64,000 bases of DNA from Dehalococcoidia bacterium (GTDB lineage: Bacteria > Chloroflexota > Dehalococcoidia > Lucifugimonadales > UBA3495): NCBI GenBank assembly GCA_965203975.1, contig CBDBDT010000001.1, forward strand, positions 904,029 to 968,028, read 5' to 3'. The notes beneath the pieces are model-generated. The model was not told the DNA's origin, made no database searches, and saw only the letters and a list, made by a program, of their open reading frames with translations. The position numbers and the translations under genes were made by a program. How positions within the stretch are numbered: the first letter of the stretch is position 1; every line of letters begins with the position of its first letter. Positions 41,445 to 49,832 of this stretch are shown in pieces.

Positions 41445-42188
41445 TTGTCTTCTCCCTCCGGCGTCAGCGCCTCCCTTTTCGTCACCTGCATCATCGACCA
41501 GTTGTACCCGGACGTAGGGGTCAGCACGGTGCGGCTCCTGCGGAGTCTTGGGGTGGAGGTGGACTTTCCCCGGGATCAGACCTGCTGCGGCCAGCCCCTC
41601 TTCAACTCCGGCTTTGCCAGCGACGCCCGGAAACTGGCCGTGCGGGTCCTGAACCAGTTCGCGGACAGCCAATACGTGGTGGTGCCCTCCGGCTCCTGCG
41701 CCGCCATGCTGCGGGTCTTCTATCCCGAGTTGTTCGATGATGACCCGGAACAACACAACCGTGCCCTGGAACTGGCCTCGAGAGTATACGAGCTTTCCGA
41801 GTTTGTGACGGGCGTATTGGGAGTGACCAGCCTCGGAGCCGCGGGCGCCGGCGCCGTTACCTACCACCCCAGCTGCCACCTTTCCCGTGAGCTGGGCGCG
41901 GGAGACGCCGCCGAGCGGTTGCTCGCCGGGGTCGAAGGCTTGAACGTCGTCTCCCTGCCCGGCAGGGAGACCTGCTGCGGTTTCGGAGGCACCTTCTCCG
42001 TCAAGTATCCCCACATCTCCGAGGGTATGCTGGAAGACAAGATCGGCAACATAGCATCCACCGGAGCGGACACCCTGGTCGCCTGTGACATGAGCTGCCT
42101 GATGCACATCGGCGGCGGTCTGTCGCGCCAGGGTCATCGCGTAACGGTGAAACACCTTGCCCAGATCCTGGACCCGGGAGCCTCCTGA
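41445..42188 (+). CDS. lutA: Lactate utilisation protein A ((Fe-S)-binding, CCG domains)
   Basis: LFVTCIIDQLYPDVG...DQTCCGQP and a second ETCCGFGGTF. Confidence 0.85.
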   Translation: MSSPSGVSASLFVTCIIDQLYPDVGVSTVRLLRSLGVEVDFPRDQTCCGQPLFNSGFASDARKLAVRVLNQFADSQYVVVPSGSCAAMLRVFYPELFDDDPEQHNRALELASRVYELSEFVTGVLGVTSLGAAGAGAVTYHPSCHLSRELGAGDAAERLLAGVEGLNVVSLPGRETCCGFGGTFSVKYPHISEGMLEDKIGNIASTGADTLVACDMSCLMHIGGGLSRQGHRVTVKHLAQILDPGAS

Positions 42189-43657
42189 TGCCCGCGGTCC
42201 AGACCCGGGACTTCATCCCCGCCTCTTCCATATCCATCCGCGACCCCCAGCTCCGGCGGGCGCTGCAAAGGGTAGGCGCTGGCTTCGACGGGGCCCGGCG
42301 GGAAGCCATCGAGGAAGTTTCCCCCGAGGCGTGGGAGGCGTGGCGCGAAGAGGCCCGGGCCGTCAAGGCCCACACCCTCGACCACCTGGACTATTACCTG
42401 GAAATGCTGGCCCGCAACGTGGAACGCAACGGAGGGCAGGTCCACTTCGCCGTTGACGCCGCCGAGGCCAACACCATAGTCTCCAACATCGTCCAGTCCC
42501 GCGGCGTCCAGGTGGTGACCAAAGGCAAGTCAATGGTGTCCGAGGAGCTGGACCTCAACCACGTCCTCGAAGCAGCCGGAGTCGAGGTCTACGAAACCGA
42601 CCTGGGCGAGTACATCATCCAATTGGCGGGAGAAACGCCCTCCCACCTCGTCGCGCCGGCCCTCCACAAGACCAAGGAGCAGGTGGCCCAGCTCTTCGCC
42701 GCCAAGCTGGGCGTCCCCTACAATGACGACATTGAGGAAATGGCCCGGGTGGCCAGGGTCGCCCTGCGGGACAAATTCCTGGCGGCGGACATGGGGATAA
42801 GCGGCGCCAACTTCCTTATCGCCGACACCGGCAGCCTCGTCATCATCACCAACGAAGGGAACGGCCGCCTCTGTACCTCCGCGCCCCGCATCCATGTCGG
42901 CATCGCCGGGATGGAGAAGGTTATCCCCTCGCTGGAAAATCTGGCCCTGTTCCTCAGACTGCTGCCCCGGTCGGCAACGGGGCAGCGGATTACTAGCTAC
43001 CTCAGCATGGTTAGCGGACCGCGCCGGGAGGCGGACGAGGATGGCCCGGAGGAGTTCCACCTCGTCATCGTGGACAACGGCCGTTCGCGCCTGCTGGCCG
43101 ACCCCAAGCTGCGGGAAGCCCTGTACTGCATCCGTTGCGGCGCCTGCCTCAATATATGCCCCGTTTACCAGAAGGTCGGAGGACACGCCTACGGCTGGGT
43201 CTACCCCGGTCCCATCGGCTCCATAGTGACCCCTGAGTTGGTGGGTCTGAAGGAGGCCAAAGACCTCCCCTTCGCTTCCAGTCTCTGCGGCGCCTGTCGC
43301 GAGGCATGTCCGGTTAAAATCAACATCCCTCGGATGCTGCTCCACCTGCGGGAGCAATTGAAGGAGAGTCCGGCCCCGGAAGTGCGCTCGGCAACCCGCC
43401 GGGAGCGCCTTCTTGCCCGGGGATTCACCGCAGTTATGTCCCGCCCCGCCCTTCTTGCGCTGGGCAGGAAAACCGCCCGGGTGTTGCAGGTTCCCTTCGC
43501 CAAGGGCGGTAAGATAGCCCGCGCTCCATTGCCGCCTTTCTCCCGCTGGAGCCGGTCCCGGGACCTGCCGGCTATTCCGGCCCGGAGCTTTCGCGACATC
43601 TGGGATCGGGAACTTTCCGACCCCCGACCTTCCAATCCCCGGCGGAACGGCCGTTAG
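42188..43657 (+). CDS. lutB: Lactate utilisation protein B (4Fe-4S ferredoxin-type)
   Basis: CIRCGACLNICPVY and CGACREACPV. TGATG overlap with lutA. Confidence 0.9.
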   Translation: MPAVQTRDFIPASSISIRDPQLRRALQRVGAGFDGARREAIEEVSPEAWEAWREEARAVKAHTLDHLDYYLEMLARNVERNGGQVHFAVDAAEANTIVSNIVQSRGVQVVTKGKSMVSEELDLNHVLEAAGVEVYETDLGEYIIQLAGETPSHLVAPALHKTKEQVAQLFAAKLGVPYNDDIEEMARVARVALRDKFLAADMGISGANFLIADTGSLVIITNEGNGRLCTSAPRIHVGIAGMEKVIPSLENLALFLRLLPRSATGQRITSYLSMVSGPRREADEDGPEEFHLVIVDNGRSRLLADPKLREALYCIRCGACLNICPVYQKVGGHAYGWVYPGPIGSIVTPELVGLKEAKDLPFASSLCGACREACPVKINIPRMLLHLREQLKESPAPEVRSATRRERLLARGFTAVMSRPALLALGRKTARVLQVPFAKGGKIARAPLPPFSRWSRSRDLPAIPARSFRDIWDRELSDPRPSNPRRNGR

Positions 43658-43658
43658 C

Positions 43659-44423
43659 GTGGCGCAATACCCGGGAACCTCCCAGTCGGATTTCATCGCC
43701 TCCGTCCGGCGGGCTCTGGGTCGGCCGGGTCTCGACGCGGTTGAGCCCCTTTCCACCCGCGCCGGGGACGGTCTTGAGGAACTGGAAGCTCGGGCGGTTG
43801 ACCTCAATCATAGATTGAAGGAATCCCGGGGCGAGCTGGTTTCCCTGCTGGCGGAGACGGCCGCCTTGCGGGGCTGGCACGTCCACCGGGTGAGCCAAGG
43901 CGAGGCCGCAGTGGGCGTCGTGGTGGATGTTGCCCGTTCTGTGGACGCGCAACGGATCGCCCGCTCAGGCCAGGATGTTTTCTCCGAGATTCCGGTGGAC
44001 GATGCGTTGGGAAACGCTGGCCTCCGGGTAGCCGCAGCCGTCATGGGGGACGACCGGGGCCGGGACGAAGTGCGGCAGGATATCATCCGCGCGGATATGG
44101 GCGTCACCGGGGTTGATTACGCCGTGGCCGAGACCGGATCGGTGGTAGTGGTGCCCCGGGCCGGCTTGAGCCGGCTGGTTTCGCTCGTGCCGCCGGTGCA
44201 CGTTGCGCTGGTCCGACCCCGGGACGTGGTCGAATCCTTGGATGACGTTTTCCTGCTGCGGCGTCTGGAATACTTCCAGAAAGGCGGCGATATGGGCAGC
44301 TATCTCAACTTCATCACCGGCCCCAGCCGCACCGCCGATATCGAGCAGACCATCGTAATCGGCGTCCACGGGCCCAAAGAAGTCCACATGGTGTTGCTGG
44401 ACGAGCACTCACATGAAGTCTGA
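43659..44423 (+). CDS. lutC: Lactate utilisation protein C (LUD domain)
   Basis: GVTGVDYAVAETGSVVV...SRTADIEQTIVIGVHGP. Confidence 0.85.
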   Translation: MAQYPGTSQSDFIASVRRALGRPGLDAVEPLSTRAGDGLEELEARAVDLNHRLKESRGELVSLLAETAALRGWHVHRVSQGEAAVGVVVDVARSVDAQRIARSGQDVFSEIPVDDALGNAGLRVAAAVMGDDRGRDEVRQDIIRADMGVTGVDYAVAETGSVVVVPRAGLSRLVSLVPPVHVALVRPRDVVESLDDVFLLRRLEYFQKGGDMGSYLNFITGPSRTADIEQTIVIGVHGPKEVHMVLLDEHSHEV

Positions 44424-44560
44424 CCCAATCCTTTCACCTCTCTTCCCGTCATTCCCGCGCCCTCTCCCGTCATTCCCGCGCAGGCGGGAATCCAGACCCC
44501 CGTCGTCTGTTCCCCACAGTATCATGTTGACCGTTAACTGCCAGTTTGACCAAACTGACA
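44415..44560 (+). repeat. Extended MITE-like element, copy 7 (left arm, partially duplicated hairpin core, right arm)
   Basis: Left arm GAAGTCTGACCCAATCCTTTCACC. Half-core at 44445-44460 and full core at 44466-44503. The right arm GTCTGTTCCCCACAGTATCATGTTGACCGTTAACTGCCAGTTTGACC is shared with 48143-48290. Confidence 0.85.
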
Positions 44561-44601
44561 CTCGAGCCATTGACCTTGTACTGCTGGACGAGGAGTAAAA
44601 G

Positions 44602-44943
44602 ATGCCGGTGCGTATCGGGTTCACCGAGTTCCGAAAGCGTATGCTGGAGCAGGAGCTTCAGAACATCGAGCAGTTGCTGCCCACGCTGGGGGTGGAAAAA
44701 GTCATTCTTACCGGGGACATGGTAACTGAGGAATACACCCCCGAGAGCAAGATACAGTTGATCGCCGTCCACGACACGGACCGTCCCTTCGGGCGTCGGG
44801 AGGACTTCTTCTTCTACCACCTGGGCAGCATGGTTCATGTGGAGACCCTGGTGTACACCCCGGACGAGTTCGAACGGTTGCAGGATGAGTTGCCGGCCCT
44901 CAACGCAGCGTGCCGGAAAGGACGCGTGTTATTTAATGCCTGA
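44602..44943 (+). CDS. Nucleotidyltransferase-domain protein (MNT-type antitoxin-like)
   Basis: 113 aa with a [32 protein letters not shown] is a degenerate GS-x-DxD region. It overlaps the downstream HEPN gene by 8 nt. Confidence 0.65.
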   Translation: MPVRIGFTEFRKRMLEQELQNIEQLLPTLGVEKVILTGDMVTEEYTPESKIQLIAVHDTDRPFGRREDFFFYHLGSMVHVETLVYTPDEFERLQDELPALNAACRKGRVLFNA

Positions 44944-45337
44944 TCACGAAACCGAGGGCGCCCGCTGGCTGCGTCAAGCCATCCAGGACCTCGACGACGC
45001 CGATTTCAACCGGGAAGGCAACAGGTTCAACGTGGCCTGTTTCTTGGGACATCAGGCAGCGGAGAAAGCCGTCAAAGCGTACCTGTACCACCGGGGAGCC
45101 GAAGACGTCTGGGGCCATTCCCTGAACGACCTGTGCGAAGACGCCAAGATATTCGAGATGTTCTTCGACACGGTCAAAAGCGAGGCCCGCCAGCTGGACA
45201 AGTATTACGAAATAACCCGCTATCCCGGCTTCCTACCCGGCGGAATCCCCTCCGAGGCCTTCGACCGGGACGACGCGGACCGCTCCATCGAACTATCCCA
45301 AATAGTCGTCGACTTCGTCCGGGAGCGCGTCGTCTAG
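44936..45337 (+). CDS. HEPN-domain protein
   Basis: [15 protein letters not shown]...[18 protein letters not shown]...[11 protein letters not shown] is typical of HEPN (PF05168-like). Confidence 0.8.
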   Translation: MPDHETEGARWLRQAIQDLDDADFNREGNRFNVACFLGHQAAEKAVKAYLYHRGAEDVWGHSLNDLCEDAKIFEMFFDTVKSEARQLDKYYEITRYPGFLPGGIPSEAFDRDDADRSIELSQIVVDFVRERVV

Positions 45338-45489
45338 CAAACCACCACCCAACTCCCTTCCCCCTTGACCAGGAAAGAGCCTGCCCCGCGTAGTCGGGGG
45401 TTAGGATGGGGGTGATGCCTCTCCCCCTTTTACCTTTGCCACCCTGCCATCACCCCCACGCATCCATTTCTCCCGCACCCAACACCTCT

Positions 45490-45526
45490 CCCGTCATCCC
45501 GCGCAGGCGGGAATCCAGACCCCCGT
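45490..45526 (+). repeat. REP-like repeat, copy 8 (1-nt deletion in 5' stem arm)
   Basis: CCCGTCATCCCGCGCAGGCGGGAATCCAGACCCCCGT. Confidence 0.85.
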
Positions 45527-45539
45527 TAACCCGCTCCCT

Positions 45540-45830
45540 TCAACAAACGTCAGGAAACAGGTCATCCCACCCCGGATTCGACAATTCGATTACCCGAATC
45601 TTCCAACCCCGGCGCCACTTCTTCAACGCCTTCTCCCGGCCTATTGCCTGCTCCATCGTCTCATGGAACTCGTACCACACCAGGTTGTCCACCCTGAACC
45701 GTCCGGTAAAGCCGGGGGTCGACCCGCTCCGGTGCTTCCAGACCCTTTCCGCCAGGTTCGACGTCACCCCAACGTAAAGGGTTCCGTTGCGGCCGCTGGC
45801 CAGCATGTAGACGGCGGGATTCTTGCGCAT
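45540..45830 (-). CDS. GIY-YIG nuclease-family protein
   Basis: Start at ATG 45830. AVYMLASGRNGTLYVGVTSNLAERVWKH...REKALKKW. Confidence 0.8.
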   Translation of the reverse strand: MRKNPAVYMLASGRNGTLYVGVTSNLAERVWKHRSGSTPGFTGRFRVDNLVWYEFHETMEQAIGREKALKKWRRGWKIRVIELSNPGWDDLFPDVC

Positions 45831-45963
45831 CAAGGTCCTTTTGTCCAACCGGGTGACCACAATTGGAGTAGCCAGGATGATGTTAACGGTGTGGGTCAGT
45901 CGCCACAACCGGCAAATGTCATCGAAAACCCGGCAAACCCTCTCTCCCTTCACCCCCATGCAG

Positions 45964-46000
45964 AGCCTGCCCCGCGCGGGAGGGGGCCCAGACCCCCCGT
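45964..46000 (+). repeat. Degenerate REP-like unit (different hairpin, same CCAGACCCCCCGT tail)
   Basis: AGCCTGCCCCGCGCGGGAGGGGGCCCAGACCCCCCGT. The AGAGCCTGCCCCGC module also occurs at 39205 and 45374. Confidence 0.6.
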
Positions 46001-46042
46001 AAATCCTTCCCCCCAACCCTGTCTCCCGCACCCACCACCTCT

Positions 46043-46080
46043 CCCGTCATTCCCGTGCAGGCGGGAATCCAGACCCCCGT
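46043..46080 (+). repeat. REP-like repeat, copy 9 (C to T change giving a G-U-compatible pair)
   Basis: CCCGTCATTCCCGTGCAGGCGGGAATCCAGACCCCCGT. Confidence 0.9.
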
Positions 46081-46121
46081 AAACCCTCCCCCGGGGACGG
46101 GAATCCTCACTCAACACCCGT

Positions 46122-46568
46122 CTACCGGGAAAACAGCTCCGACAGCTTCTCCTGCCGGTAGGCGAAGATCCTCCGCAAGTCCGGGGCCACCAGCAAGTTC
46201 CTGACGATGGCTCCCCCGATGACGGCATACTCGACGTGGTCACCGGCGATGGTTCCACTTCCCGATTCTGCGAAGGTATGCACGTGGCGCCAGAACCGGT
46301 ACGGGCCGCGCCGCTGTTCGTCCACGAACAACTCGGGCGGCTCCCACTCGGTGATCTCGCTCTGCCACCGCAGGGGAATCCCCCGCAGCTTGAGCCGGTA
46401 ATCAATTATCGTCCCCGCCCTCATGGTGATGGGCGGCGGAGTCACCACGCGAAACTCCAGCAGAGGCGGCGTGATGATTTCCAGGTTGAATGCGTCGGTG
46501 AAAAACGGGAAGACCTCTTCCCTGGGAAGCGGTAGCCACTGCTCAGTTTCCAGCGTCCATATCTTCAT
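46122..46568 (-). CDS. SRPBCC-family (START/cyclase-dehydrase fold) protein
   Basis: 148 aa. LPLPREEVFPFFTDAFNLEIITPP...RGPYRFWRHVHTF. Confidence 0.7.
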   Translation of the reverse strand: MKIWTLETEQWLPLPREEVFPFFTDAFNLEIITPPLLEFRVVTPPPITMRAGTIIDYRLKLRGIPLRWQSEITEWEPPELFVDEQRRGPYRFWRHVHTFAESGSGTIAGDHVEYAVIGGAIVRNLLVAPDLRRIFAYRQEKLSELFSR

Positions 46569-46702
46569 TATCGCGAAAACGATTGTCCCCGAAAGGCGGA
46601 CAAAGAGAATGAGCCAAGGTCATCGGATGAATCCTGACTCAAATCTTTCACCAATCCCCCTTCACCCTCCCCTCAAAGACGGCAACCGCAGCAAACCCTC
46701 TC

Positions 46703-46740
46703 CCCGTCGTCCCTGCGGAGGCAGGGACCCAGACCCCCGT
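46703..46740 (+). repeat. REP-like repeat, copy 10, compensatory-variant hairpin
   Basis: CCCGTCGTCCCTGCGGAGGCAGGGACCCAGACCCCCGT, with the hairpin at 46710-46727. Confidence 0.9.
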
Positions 46741-46833
46741 AAATCTTTCCCTCAGGAACGGCAACCGGATCAAACCCACTCTCCCGTCCTTCCCACACCT
46801 CCCCTCAGGAACGTCCCCTCCGCCTACCCTTAT

Positions 46834-46871
46834 TCCGTCATTCCCGCGCAGGCGGGAATCCAGGCCCCCGT
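46834..46871 (+). repeat. REP-like repeat, copy 11
   Basis: TCCGTCATTCCCGCGCAGGCGGGAATCCAGGCCCCCGT. Confidence 0.9.
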
Positions 46872-46939
46872 CGCCTCTCCCCGTAGGAATGGCAACCGAG
46901 GCAAAGCCAACCTCTCTGCAACCCCTCTACCGCCCAAAT

Positions 46940-48088
46940 CTACGAGCTGGCTGTCCGCCCGGTGGCTCCGATCAGCCGGATGGTCCGCTCTGCGGCACCC
47001 TGGAGAAGCTCCCCGGTCCGCGCCAGGCTGCGGTCAAAGCTCATGGGACGGTCGGCGATGCACACAATTCCCGCCACCCCGTGGTCATAGAGGGCCTGGT
47101 GGCCGGGTCCCAGGCTTCCTGCCAGGATTACGGTCGGAACGCCCTTGGCGCGAGCGCGTTGAGCAACCCCGACCGGGGCCTTGTTGTAGATGGTGGACTC
47201 ATCGGCCCGGCCTTCGCCGGTAATCACGAGATCGGCGCCTTCCAGGTGCCGGTCGAACTCCAGGACTTCGCACACCATTTCGATCCCTGAACGCAGGTCA
47301 GCGCCTGCGAAGGCCATCAGCCCGGCGCCCAGCCCGCCTGCCGCCCCCGAGCCTGGAGTGTCCAGAACGTCGATTCCAACATCGCGTCTCACGACTCGGG
47401 CAAAGTTGCTCAAAGCCTCGTCCAACTCTGCAACAACCTTGGCTGAGGCGCCCTTCTGCGGCCCGTAGATGGCGGACGCTCCTTCCGGGCCGCACAGGGG
47501 GTTGGTGACATCGGTGGCGCCGATGATGGCCGCCTCTTCCAACCCCTGGTGAAGGCCGCTAACGTCGATGCGGTCCAGGCGGGATAGTGCTGCGCCCCCC
47601 GGCGGAAGCTGCTGCCCCCTTCGGTCCAGGAACTTTGCTCCGAGAGCGGAGGCCATGCCTGCCCCGCCATCGTTGGTTGCGCTGCCGCCCAGGCCGACGA
47701 TAATGCGGGTGAACCCCTTGTCCAGCGCCTCTCGGATGATTTCCCCGGTGCCCCGGGTGGTGGCGGTCCGGGGGTTGCGGCGTTTGGGCGGCACCAGGGC
47801 CAGCCCGGACGGACGGGCCATTTCCACGACGGCGGTTTGCCCGTCTCCCATTACTCCCCAGAGGGCCTCCACCGCCTGGCCCAGGGGGCCGGTAACGATG
47901 CTGCGGAATATCTGCCCGCCGGTCGCGTTTACTAGGGCTTCCAGCGTGCCGTCGCCGCCGTCTGCCACCGGGACCAGAACGGTCTCTGCGGTCGGGTCCG
48001 CGTCCAGAACGCCGCGCTGGATGGCTTCCGCAGCGTCCAGCGCATAGAGACTGCCTTTGAAACTTTGGGGCGCGATAACGACTTTCAT
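46940..48088 (-). CDS. glxK: Glycerate kinase
   Basis: MKVVIAPQSFKGSL...VPVADGGDGT...GLGGSATNDGGAGM...VITGEG. Confidence 0.85.
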   Translation of the reverse strand: MKVVIAPQSFKGSLYALDAAEAIQRGVLDADPTAETVLVPVADGGDGTLEALVNATGGQIFRSIVTGPLGQAVEALWGVMGDGQTAVVEMARPSGLALVPPKRRNPRTATTRGTGEIIREALDKGFTRIIVGLGGSATNDGGAGMASALGAKFLDRRGQQLPPGGAALSRLDRIDVSGLHQGLEEAAIIGATDVTNPLCGPEGASAIYGPQKGASAKVVAELDEALSNFARVVRRDVGIDVLDTPGSGAAGGLGAGLMAFAGADLRSGIEMVCEVLEFDRHLEGADLVITGEGRADESTIYNKAPVGVAQRARAKGVPTVILAGSLGPGHQALYDHGVAGIVCIADRPMSFDRSLARTGELLQGAAERTIRLIGATGRTASS

Positions 48089-48142
48089 GACTGCTGACAC
48101 CCATTATACAACGTACCCCGCCGACGCCCACCGCTATCGCTT

Positions 48143-48290
48143 GAAGTCTGACTCGATCCTTTCACCTTTCCTCCCGTCATTCCCGCGCAGGCGGGAATCC
48201 AGACCCCCGTTGTCGTTCCCCGCGGTATCGTGCTGTTCGTTCACTGGAAGTTTGACCCTATCAGTACTTATGCCGCAGACCTCATCTCGA
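48143..48290 (+). repeat. Extended MITE-like element, copy 12
   Basis: Left arm GAAGTCTGACTCGATCCTTTCACC and core at 48173-48210. The right arm is GTCGTTCCCCGCGGTATCGTGCTGTTCGTTCACTGGAAGTTTGACC. Confidence 0.85.
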
Positions 48291-48500
48291 AAGGTACCTC
48301 CATGCAGATGCCGCAGCTTGACACTCATATATTCTCTTCTCAACCATTGAATTATGTAAGTTAGTGGACGCCTGTCCCTCGCTTTACCCGGTGGGCGGCT
48401 GCCCTGCTGACTCCCTGCGGGATGTTCTTTTGCCAGACCCTCTGATAGAATGCGGCGCAACCCCGGCAGTCCTTCAAAAGAGTCCTTCAAGGGAGCGTCA

Positions 48501-49832
48501 GTGCCGTCCAAGGAAGAACTGAAACAGCGAGCTTTCCAGGAAATCGACCGCCGCTCGGCGGAGATAATCGGTATCTCCAAGACCATCCTTGCCAACCCGG
48601 AGCCGGGTTTCCGCGAATTCAAAACCGCCAGGCTCGTCGCGGACAAGTTCGCCGAATTGGGTATTCCATTTCGGTCTGGGCTGGCGATCACAGGAGTTCG
48701 CGGGGAACTGACCGGCGGCAGTCCCGGCCCAACCATGGCCATCCTGGGAGAACTCGACTCCCTAATAGTCGAAGAACACCCCCATGCAGATGCCGCAACC
48801 GGCGCAGCCCACGCCTGCGGCCACCACTGCCAGATCGGAATGTTGGTCGGCGCGGCTCTCGCGTTGATGCAGCCCTCTGTCCTCTCGGAACTGAGCGGGC
48901 GGATCGCGCTGGTCGCCGTGCCGGCGGAAGAATACATCGAGATCGAATACCGGGACAGCCTGCGCCGGGAGGGTAAGCTGGAATTCCTCGGTGGTAAACC
49001 GGAAATGATCCGGCTGGGGGAGTTTGACGATGTGGACCTGTCGATGATGGTCCACACAACCAGTAATGAGGCGGAAGGGCAACTCTGCGTCAGCGGAACC
49101 AACAACGGGACGTTGGCGAAGCAGATACAGTTCGTCGGTAAGGGTTCCCACGCCGGCGGCGCACCTCACCTGGGGATCAACGCCCTGAACGCGGCGACGC
49201 TGGCTCTGAGCGCCATCCACTACAACCGGGAAACGTTCCGGGATGACGACACGGTCCGGGTACATCCCATCATTACCCGCGGCGGTGAAGCGGTGAGCGC
49301 CGTTCCGGCCGACGTCAGGATGGAAACCTTCGTGCGGGGCAAGAGCGTAGACGCGATCATGGACGCCAACAGGAAGGTGGACCGGGCTCTGCGAGCCGGA
49401 GCGATGGCCGTCGGAGCGAAGGTAATCGTTCAGACCCACCCCGGGTACCTGCCACTGGCCCAAAACGAAACCATGAACGAGGTGTTCCGCTCCAACGCCT
49501 ACTCTCTGGTTGGAAAGGAAAACGTGGGGCGGGTTACCCACCGGACGGGTTCCACCGACATGGGCGACATCAGCCAGATCATGCCCGCCATCCACCCTTA
49601 CGTGGGGGGCGCCACCGGCCTTGGACACGGTGCTACCTATGTCGTCCGGGACTACAACCTGGCAGTTCTCACCGCGGCCAAGTCCATCGCGGCCACCGTC
49701 GTTGATCTGCTGGCCGACGGCGCCGGAGCCGGGGGAAGGATCATTGCAGGCCACCGTCCTGCAATGTCCCGCGGCGAATACCTCCAATTCATGCGGGGCC
49801 TCGAAAAGGAAGAGACCTTTGACGAAGAGTAA
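48501..49832 (+). CDS. M20-family amidohydrolase/peptidase, paralogue 1
   Basis: GTG at 48501 follows AAGGGAG. NPEPGFREFKTA and AHACGHHCQIGMLVGAAL. Confidence 0.8.
   Translation: MPSKEELKQRAFQEIDRRSAEIIGISKTILANPEPGFREFKTARLVADKFAELGIPFRSGLAITGVRGELTGGSPGPTMAILGELDSLIVEEHPHADAATGAAHACGHHCQIGMLVGAALALMQPSVLSELSGRIALVAVPAEEYIEIEYRDSLRREGKLEFLGGKPEMIRLGEFDDVDLSMMVHTTSNEAEGQLCVSGTNNGTLAKQIQFVGKGSHAGGAPHLGINALNAATLALSAIHYNRETFRDDDTVRVHPIITRGGEAVSAVPADVRMETFVRGKSVDAIMDANRKVDRALRAGAMAVGAKVIVQTHPGYLPLAQNETMNEVFRSNAYSLVGKENVGRVTHRTGSTDMGDISQIMPAIHPYVGGATGLGHGATYVVRDYNLAVLTAAKSIAATVVDLLADGAGAGGRIIAGHRPAMSRGEYLQFMRGLEKEETFDEE

Noticed and set aside
42530-43807. 425-aa minus-strand ORF opposite lutB and lutC. 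Similar cases are 48134-49105, 48762-49928, 56903-57790, 15706-16599, 29030-30292, 30326-31549 and 31660-32589.
   Set aside because: All are antisense to genes with strong motif support. All have a low-complexity, arginine- and proline-rich composition.
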